Below, piece by piece: positions 37,200 to 43,945 of a stretch of 64,000 nt of DNA. The notes under the pieces were generated by a model that saw only the letters and a list, made by a program, of their open reading frames with translations, made no database searches and was not told the origin of the DNA. Position 1 is the first letter of the stretch; each line of letters begins with the position of its first letter. A program made the translations under genes and the position numbers. Source of the DNA: a virus; the IMG/VR virus record IMGVR_UViG_3300028840_003924, positions 32,001 through 96,000 of that record; one strand, written 5' to 3'.

Positions 37200-38027
37200 A
37201 TGGCATATAAAAAGAAACCAATCCCTACAGGGGTGAAATACCATAAACTCACGGTTATCAGTGAAGTCGAGAATACACGAGGTGACAAGAAACGATATGT
37301 CGCTGTGGAATGTGAATGCGGATCAACCAAAGTAGTTAGATGGGATATGCTCAAATCTGGCGGAACAAAATCATGCGGCTGCCTTGTTTCCAAGAACGCT
37401 AAACGACAAGCAAGAGGGATGGCTTTAGCTAGCGCCCAAAAACGACAATCGCACAATATTGCCTCCTGCCTAGGTAAGAAGTATCACAAGCTCACCATTA
37501 TTGCCCCTTACAAACATCCGAAACAAAAGTGTAGTTGGGGTGTTGTGCAATGCGACTGTGGAACGATTTTCAAAGCTAACCTTGCCAGAGTTAAGCATGG
37601 CCGACTCAAATCGTGCGGTTGTTTGGCATATGATAACGCCATCGATTACGTTAGTGAGGTGGATGGAGAACAACTCAAATGCTTCGGCGGTCGTGGCGGC
37701 TACCAACGAATCTCATCCGGAAAAAACAATGGTCGCTCTCTCATCCACAGACACGAAGCAGACAAGGTATACGAGCGGATTTACGGCACTAATTTACCCA
37801 ACAAGGCATGCGTTCATCATATCGACTCCGTGACAAGTAACAATCGCCTCGATAACTTATGCGTGTTTGAGGGTAATGGTGAACATAAAAGGTATCACAG
37901 AGCATTTGATAAGGCCGCTTACCAATTCCTGAGAGACAATGAGCTTTTGGATGATTTCTACAACCGTTTTCCCGATTTGCAACCCCGTACTTTGAGAGAC
38001 ATGTTAAATGACAGTAAACAAAAATGA
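37200..38027 (+). CDS. Free-standing HNH homing endonuclease
   Basis: Two G.KYHKLT.I...C.CG...KSCGCL repeats, then IHRH...VHHID...NNRLDNL...H...H. Confidence 0.85.
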   Translation: MAYKKKPIPTGVKYHKLTVISEVENTRGDKKRYVAVECECGSTKVVRWDMLKSGGTKSCGCLVSKNAKRQARGMALASAQKRQSHNIASCLGKKYHKLTIIAPYKHPKQKCSWGVVQCDCGTIFKANLARVKHGRLKSCGCLAYDNAIDYVSEVDGEQLKCFGGRGGYQRISSGKNNGRSLIHRHEADKVYERIYGTNLPNKACVHHIDSVTSNNRLDNLCVFEGNGEHKRYHRAFDKAAYQFLRDNELLDDFYNRFPDLQPRTLRDMLNDSKQK

Positions 38028-38559
38028 TAAGGTAAACGAAACGGGGGCATTGAAAGGTGCGAAAATGTACCTATCACTGCCCATTGAGCACACTAACGAG
38101 GGTGATAACGATTGGCGACCAGAAGTCAAACACCACTTGACAGAAAGTTTTGGGATTGATGTCTTTGATCCTCTGGCCGACGAAAAGCAGAAGCGAGCTA
38201 CGGTGCTTAGGGCGGCGATGGAAAAGGAAGATTTCGATCAGGTAGAAGAAATTGCAACCGCTTTTGTTAAAAAGGACCTAGGAAAGATTGATAGAAGCGA
38301 CTTCTTAATTGCCTACAACCCAAAGGGTGTGCCTACGACTGGCGTACCCTGTGAGGTTCACCACGCCGTTCAACTGAAAAAACCAGTCATGATTGTTTGC
38401 CCAGACGGCAAGCGGGCGGCGTCACTTTGGTACTGGGGTTATATTCGACACGAGTACATCTTTGGATCGTGGGCAGATTTGTACGAATATTTGGAAGAAG
38501 TTGATCAGTTTAAGCATCGTGACAATCACCGGTGGTGGTTCGTTTACAGAATGGTGTAG
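38008..38559 (+). CDS. Nucleoside 2-deoxyribosyltransferase-like protein
   Basis: MYLS.PI, WR, VFDP, D...IDRSDFLIA, TTG..CE...A...KKPV. Confidence 0.8.
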   Translation: MTVNKNDKVNETGALKGAKMYLSLPIEHTNEGDNDWRPEVKHHLTESFGIDVFDPLADEKQKRATVLRAAMEKEDFDQVEEIATAFVKKDLGKIDRSDFLIAYNPKGVPTTGVPCEVHHAVQLKKPVMIVCPDGKRAASLWYWGYIRHEYIFGSWADLYEYLEEVDQFKHRDNHRWWFVYRMV

Positions 38560-38571
38560 GATAATCACACC

Positions 38572-38853
38572 ATGAAACTACCCAAGAAACCACCACGACC
38601 CTACACCCAATGCAAACTCTGCAAAGGGAATGCACAGGAAATGGTCTACATCCCTAAGAAGTTCGCCAAGAAAGACAACGTCCTCAAGATCAAGAGGAAC
38701 GGTGTCTGGGATGACCACTGGGTTGTCACTGAGGTCCACGGAGAAGTCGACGAAACCGTCTTAGATGGTATTCGTCGACTTTGGAAGAAACACCGGCAGC
38801 ATACAGATGTTGTCAAAGGCACATTTAAGAAGCCAGAAGGAGAAGAAGAATGA
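38572..38853 (+). CDS. Hypothetical basic protein
   Basis: 93-aa ORF in the operon. Confidence 0.6.
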   Translation: MKLPKKPPRPYTQCKLCKGNAQEMVYIPKKFAKKDNVLKIKRNGVWDDHWVVTEVHGEVDETVLDGIRRLWKKHRQHTDVVKGTFKKPEGEEE

Positions 38854-39170
38854 TGTTCAAAAATATCATGTACTTCGTAGTGACACTTGCCGCAGCTATT
38901 TGCTTGATGATATACGTGCTTAAAGCCTTTGACGGCACCACAACCATCCAACTTCCAGGTGAGATTCCTCAGTACTGGCATAGGCAAGACGAGCGAACCA
39001 TCATTATCATCGGCCACGACCCCGAGATGCATAATTCTCTCACCGGATGTATCGCCCCAGGTCGCAAACACGGTCATTGGAGAATCTATACATTCCGAGA
39101 TCAAGAGGCGTATGAGAGGGTTGCTGATCACGCTAAGACGGCGGTCCACAAAGCCTTCCCCTCAGAATAG
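38850..39170 (+). CDS. Hypothetical protein with N-terminal TM
   Basis: ATGA overlap. Hydrophobic N-terminus. Confidence 0.6.
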   Translation: MMFKNIMYFVVTLAAAICLMIYVLKAFDGTTTIQLPGEIPQYWHRQDERTIIIIGHDPEMHNSLTGCIAPGRKHGHWRIYTFRDQEAYERVADHAKTAVHKAFPSE

Positions 39171-39193
39171 CCATATCTCTACTTTACTAAGGT

Positions 39194-39961
39194 ATGAAAT
39201 GGGTTAATGAGCTATATGAGGGCGACTGCGTTGAACTGATGATCCGGATGCCAAAAGATCATGTCGATCTGGCAATCACATCGCCGCCATATGACGATCT
39301 TCGTTCTTATCATAACAATCTTCACGTACCCACCGTCGCCTTCTGTCTCCATCGAGTTCTAAAGCCGGGCGGTATCGTTGTATGGGTTACCGGAGACAAG
39401 ACACACAAGGGAAGTGAAACGCTCTCTTCCTTCAAGCATGCCATTGCTTTCAAAGAAGCTGGTTTCAATGTTCATGACACCATGATCTATGCGAAAGAAA
39501 ATCCAATCCCCATGAATCATAATCGCTACGAACAGGTCTTCGAGTACATGTTCGTCTTCGCAAAAGGGAAACCCAAGACTTTCAATCCTATCCGCACCCC
39601 AATCACATCTCCCCGCCCGGAGCAGCAGGATGTACACCATACTAAGAATTACCAACGTGGAAACAAGAAGAGGGGTCACAATACCACCAAGATTAAGGGT
39701 AACATCTGGAGTTACAAAGTAGGGCTGCATTGCTCCACAAAGGACGTTGAAGCCTTCCAACACCCCGCAATTTTCCCAGACCAACTGGCCGAAGATCACA
39801 TTTTGTCATGGACAGAGCCGGGCGACCTCGTGCTTGATCCCATGTGCGGCAGCGGCACTTCCTGCAAAATGGCCGTAAAACACGGGCGAAAGTACCTCGG
39901 ATTCGATATTGAGTCTCGCTTTGTCGAGTTGGCAAGGCAGCGAATTTTATCCGTAAAGTGA
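39194..39961 (+). CDS. Beta-class N4-C/N6-A DNA methyltransferase
   Basis: TSPPY, RVLKPGG, HPAIFP, VLDPMCGSGT. Confidence 0.93.
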   Translation: MKWVNELYEGDCVELMIRMPKDHVDLAITSPPYDDLRSYHNNLHVPTVAFCLHRVLKPGGIVVWVTGDKTHKGSETLSSFKHAIAFKEAGFNVHDTMIYAKENPIPMNHNRYEQVFEYMFVFAKGKPKTFNPIRTPITSPRPEQQDVHHTKNYQRGNKKRGHNTTKIKGNIWSYKVGLHCSTKDVEAFQHPAIFPDQLAEDHILSWTEPGDLVLDPMCGSGTSCKMAVKHGRKYLGFDIESRFVELARQRILSVK

Positions 39962-40076
39962 TTTGCGCCGAAATTGCTATTGTGGCAAATTTGATTTTTG
40001 GATACAACAGAGCATAGTAACTTTTTATCCAACGGAGCCACAATGGGCTCTTCCACTCTTTTAGGAGGACCGTTGC

Positions 40077-41387
40077 ATGTCCAAAACAGCACGTTCAGCA
40101 GGTCGAAGTACGAGGAGCAAACAGAAGTCACACATTTTGAAGATCGCTCAAAAGCGGGCCAAAGTTAGAGTCGTATCACCACAGCCAATGGATTTAGCAG
40201 ACATTTCGTCGGCGGACCTCAAATCCTTGGACGCTACAAGCAAAGTCTTGGAGTTCTTGGGAGGCGAACCCGTTGAGAGCAAAACGGTACAAGTTCCTGT
40301 CGACAAATTGGTCGTCAAAACGGATAACCCACGAACCATTTGTCTGTGTGCCGACGACAAGCCCGCAACGGAAGCGGAAATCAAAAATCTTCTGCTCAAT
40401 CACGATGTTGCAAACCTTATACTACAACTGGCCCACAATGGTGGACTTCCCGAACCGATTGTCGGTGTTGCCGAGAAGAAAGGCAAAGTCTCTGTTCTGG
40501 ACGGTAACCGGCGAGCAGTTGCCTCCAAAGTCCTTCTTGGTCAAATTCCCATCCCAAATGAGTGGCCAAAAGGGATTCGAGAAGAAATTGAGGAAGCAAA
40601 AAAGAATGGCTTTCCTCCGAAGGTTCCGGTGAAGGTTTTCACAAAAATTACCCGATTTCAACAACAAGCCTTCTTGGCAATCAAGCATTGTTCGGGTGAC
40701 CGCAAGTGGCCATCTATCGCAAAGGGGGGATTTGCTTACAACATCCTTTGCGAGAGGAGCAAGATGAAGCTCACTTGTAACAAGATCGCCGATCTACGCA
40801 CAATCTGGTCGGAACTTAAGAAAACAAGCCAAGAACAGCTAAAAGCCATTGCTTTGATCTGCGGTACACAAGTCAGTTGCTTGCGGAACTATATCATGGC
40901 CTATGTCGCCAATAGCCTGTACTGTGGAATGTTCAAGGTGGACGACCAACGGGAGCGATTCACCTATTTCGCCAAATTCTACGGCTGGAAATGGGCCCGA
41001 GATATGGCCGAGGGTAAGCAACCCACTATGCGAGACAACGGAGAAACCGTGGACATCCTCGCACCCGACCCAGAAATCGAAGCGAAATTCATGGATTGGA
41101 TCGCTCGAAAGATTATCACGGATTGCTGCCAAGTCGACATTCTGGATACAATTCTCGGCGACGAGCGACTGGTGAAGGAGATGGAAGAAAACGGCATGGC
41201 CAAAGCTTGGGACCTCTACAAACGTGTTCGGGAACCAGCCGTCATCTATGATGATGCCATTGCGTGTATTGAAAATCTCACACCAACAGCTATCAAGGCA
41301 AAGGACGCAAAGGATATGCGTACCAGCCTGAAATTGCTCAAAGAAACGATCAGAGCTTTTGAGAAAAAGCTTGGGAAGCCACTTTAA
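40077..41387 (+). CDS. ParB/Srx N-terminal domain protein
   Basis: DNPR, GGLPEPI, VLDGNRR, KWP..AK. AGGAGG RBS. Confidence 0.7.
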   Translation: MSKTARSAGRSTRSKQKSHILKIAQKRAKVRVVSPQPMDLADISSADLKSLDATSKVLEFLGGEPVESKTVQVPVDKLVVKTDNPRTICLCADDKPATEAEIKNLLLNHDVANLILQLAHNGGLPEPIVGVAEKKGKVSVLDGNRRAVASKVLLGQIPIPNEWPKGIREEIEEAKKNGFPPKVPVKVFTKITRFQQQAFLAIKHCSGDRKWPSIAKGGFAYNILCERSKMKLTCNKIADLRTIWSELKKTSQEQLKAIALICGTQVSCLRNYIMAYVANSLYCGMFKVDDQRERFTYFAKFYGWKWARDMAEGKQPTMRDNGETVDILAPDPEIEAKFMDWIARKIITDCCQVDILDTILGDERLVKEMEENGMAKAWDLYKRVREPAVIYDDAIACIENLTPTAIKAKDAKDMRTSLKLLKETIRAFEKKLGKPL

Positions 41388-41446
41388 CCTACGAGAGGGG
41401 CTACTCAATACCCCCTCAGAACCCCTGAGAGCCACTGTAGCGCAAA

Positions 41447-41486
41447 ACAACCGCCCACAGGACTCTTGAGTCCTGTGGGCGGTTGT
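41447..41486. terminator. 19-bp stem hairpin between convergent genes
   Basis: ACAACCGCCCACAGGACTC-TT-GAGTCCTGTGGGCGGTTGT. Confidence 0.75.
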
Positions 41487-41511
41487 GGCTCTATACGGGC
41501 CTCTCAGGGTC

Positions 41512-42042
41512 TCACATGACCTTTACTCCATGAATGGCTTTGAACTTATAACCTCTCTCCACAGCTTCATAAGCCCACTTGAGTTTGACCTTCTCTAGGT
41601 CTTCGCTCACCTCGTCCATCTTACCGATTTCCTTGATCGCTTTCTTGTGCAGCAGGATGCCGTTCATCGAGCCTTCATAAAACGTCACCCTACCGTCTAC
41701 GATGGGGAAGAGGATGTCCTTTTCGTTATCCACAAAGACCACATATCGGCGGTAGAACAGCGGGCGTATGAAGGAACCGGCGAAGATGACAAAATTCCAA
41801 TCACATCCGGTCTTTTCCAATCCTTTATTGATGAGGGAGGTGTAGGTGCTGCCACCCCGGATGGTCTTGCAGACCTCTTTCATCTCATCGAGTTCTGCCT
41901 TCTTCGTCTCTTTGGGAACGACGCATAAGCAAGGAACGTCGTGGTACTTGCCAATAGACCTAATGGTGCCACGAAGACCATTGATATTTCGCTCCGGACA
42001 GAGGATTACGAACCCAAAGTCCAGCTTCTTGACTTCATACAT
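41512..42042 (-). CDS. Degenerate GT2-like protein
   Basis: FVIL...LRGTIRSI, SLINKGL....DWNFVI. No DxD. Probable start ATG 42042. Confidence 0.45.
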   Translation of the reverse strand: MYEVKKLDFGFVILCPERNINGLRGTIRSIGKYHDVPCLCVVPKETKKAELDEMKEVCKTIRGGSTYTSLINKGLEKTGCDWNFVIFAGSFIRPLFYRRYVVFVDNEKDILFPIVDGRVTFYEGSMNGILLHKKAIKEIGKMDEVSEDLEKVKLKWAYEAVERGYKFKAIHGVKVM

Positions 42043-42067
42043 ATCTTTACTCGTTCTAAGCGGGTGC

Positions 42068-42814
42068 TTAGGTTGTTGGTCGGTCGAAATCGATTCTGAG
42101 AGTGTCACTGGACGCTTTCGCCTTATTGAGTGTGAAAACACCAGTGTCCGGATCGGTTTCTGTGTAGTAAAACCCAGCAATCATAGTTGGGCCTTTGGTT
42201 AGTCTTAGGCCACCCATGTACACCCTTAGGCTACCTGCTGTGTACGGTGTATTAGAGGATGATGTCTTGAAAATCATATCCCCCGACACATGCACGGGCG
42301 TAACATCGTAGCTTTTTACGGTTATCAGGGATTTCGAGAAGGTCGTATCAGCTTGAACCTCCCCAGTTCCTAGTTCTACCCGCCATGCCACCGTGTCTGA
42401 ATCAACAAGACTGACGGTATTTGCAAAATCGGGCCATGTCAGGGTGGCCGAAACGGTTGCGATTTCCACTGACAGGTTCGTAGCGGCGCTGTCTACAAGG
42501 CTGAGCTTAGATCGCTCGGCATCTGTCATTCTAATGTAGCCACCCTCGTCCAAATGCTCCGCAATACTGTGGAGCGCCTCATCGACGGCGATGGTCTTTA
42601 ATGATCCATTTGCCTCCAAAGACTGGTTCAGTCTATTCGACAGGCTCCCCGCCGTCCCAACGGATTCCTCAATATCGTTCTGGTTGATGTCTACTTGGGC
42701 ATTAACCAGGAACATCTGCGTATTGATCCCCTCAATAGGCAGATTGTCATAGTAGTAATGATAGGGTTGCAACGCCTCGTAGCGTGGAATTGGCACAGAG
42801 TCCAGATTTGGCAT
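42068..42814 (-). CDS. Probable virion structural protein
   Basis: MTDAERSKL and Y..GSLRVYMGGLRL motifs typical of fibre-associated domains. AGGAG RBS. Confidence 0.55.
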   Translation of the reverse strand: MPNLDSVPIPRYEALQPYHYYYDNLPIEGINTQMFLVNAQVDINQNDIEESVGTAGSLSNRLNQSLEANGSLKTIAVDEALHSIAEHLDEGGYIRMTDAERSKLSLVDSAATNLSVEIATVSATLTWPDFANTVSLVDSDTVAWRVELGTGEVQADTTFSKSLITVKSYDVTPVHVSGDMIFKTSSSNTPYTAGSLRVYMGGLRLTKGPTMIAGFYYTETDPDTGVFTLNKAKASSDTLRIDFDRPTT

Positions 42815-42826
42815 TGTCTACTCCTT

Positions 42827-42854
42827 GTATCGGCTTCTAGCCCTTCAATCTTGA
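42827..42854 (-). promoter_or_regulatory. Sigma28-like promoter
   Basis: TCAAG-N15-GCCGATAC, followed by AAGGAG and ATG 42814. Confidence 0.7.
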
Positions 42855-43208
42855 GTTTTTCTTCTTAAAGAAGTCGTCTTCTTCACCGAAAGCGATGTTT
42901 GGAGCAAACTGACGGCGTGTAGACGGGATCGTCATTCGCTTGAAAAGGGCCACGTCGGCTGTGGTTGTCCCCACTTCATTGACCATATCTGGGTCTCGCT
43001 CTTTGAGCCATTCTTCAAAATGTGTATGTTCCTTTTTCACTGGTAACCCCTTCTCTTTTGTCTTGGCGAATTTCCTGAGGTCTTTCTTCCCCATGCTTTG
43101 GTACATCTCTTTGGCCGAACCCCTCAGTTCAGAGGGATCAAACTCGCCTTTCTTGGCAGCATATGCCATACCTGCTGCTTTTCGTTGTTTCTTTGATACT
43201 GCTGGCAT
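42837..43208 (-). CDS. DUF3008-like protein fused to a leader-like module
   Basis: MPAVSKKQRKAAG...AKKGE...L.G.AK.MY.SM...L..FA.TK..GLP, then HFEEWL...VNE. Confidence 0.7.
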   Translation of the reverse strand: MPAVSKKQRKAAGMAYAAKKGEFDPSELRGSAKEMYQSMGKKDLRKFAKTKEKGLPVKKEHTHFEEWLKERDPDMVNEVGTTTADVALFKRMTIPSTRRQFAPNIAFGEEDDFFKKKNSRLKG

Positions 43209-43329
43209 GTTAGATAATCTTCTTTGGGTTAATAATCTTCTGCTTACTCTCTTTAAGTTTCTTTTGAGCGACTTGTTTCAGCTTATTCAGTTCTGCGTTG
43301 ATATTCGCCATATCGTATATATCCTATGA

Positions 43330-43944
43330 TTAGAGAAACGTCACTCGCCAGTTGATGGTCAGTTGCATGGATGCCGTCTTGTTCAAGTCTGGGAAGGTTA
43401 CCATGCTGTAGAGGTCACCACTCTTCATCACCAATGCCATTTCGTTGATTGGATGGCCAACCGCTTCATCAAAACCTACAACCGAAGTGAGGATAGCTGT
43501 CGTCGGCCCGGAAGGATCAATGGAAGAGATAACGTTCTTCGTGAGGAGCGTCGTCCCAAACAAACCATTTCTCGTTTCCTCAACGAACTTAGCCGTACCG
43601 CCCGTAGCACCACCAGAACCAAAGATCATCGATTCTATGTAGAAGTCGTAAGGATCAGCTACCTCATTGGCCAGACTACTTGCTAACGCTATCTTTCCGT
43701 TGCGCAGGATCGTGTTCGGCGTCTTGTGGACCTCTGTCGAGCCATCCGTGTACTCCACGATGACCTCTACGTCGCCACGACCCTTTACCTTGGTGCTCGG
43801 ACTCGTTATATTGCTCACCTTCTCTTGGACCATGTTGCGTAGCGTCTGCTTTGCGTCATCTCGTTCCAAAACTAGGCTCAATTCTTCGTCCGAAATGTCC
43901 TCAGGAGTGAGCATCTCTCTCCATGTCTCAAAATTGCTATGCAT
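43330..43944 (-). CDS. Tail-collar/baseplate-associated protein
   Basis: N.I...G...LA...FG.GG...EA.G..INEM.L...G.LYS..TFP...KT...LTINW. Confidence 0.6.
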   Translation of the reverse strand: MHSNFETWREMLTPEDISDEELSLVLERDDAKQTLRNMVQEKVSNITSPSTKVKGRGDVEVIVEYTDGSTEVHKTPNTILRNGKIALASSLANEVADPYDFYIESMIFGSGGATGGTAKFVEETRNGLFGTTLLTKNVISSIDPSGPTTAILTSVVGFDEAVGHPINEMALVMKSGDLYSMVTFPDLNKTASMQLTINWRVTFL

Positions 43945-43945
43945 G

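Noticed and set aside
6666-41486. Palindromes as a shared parS or REP family
   Set aside because: The five stems share no common sequence.
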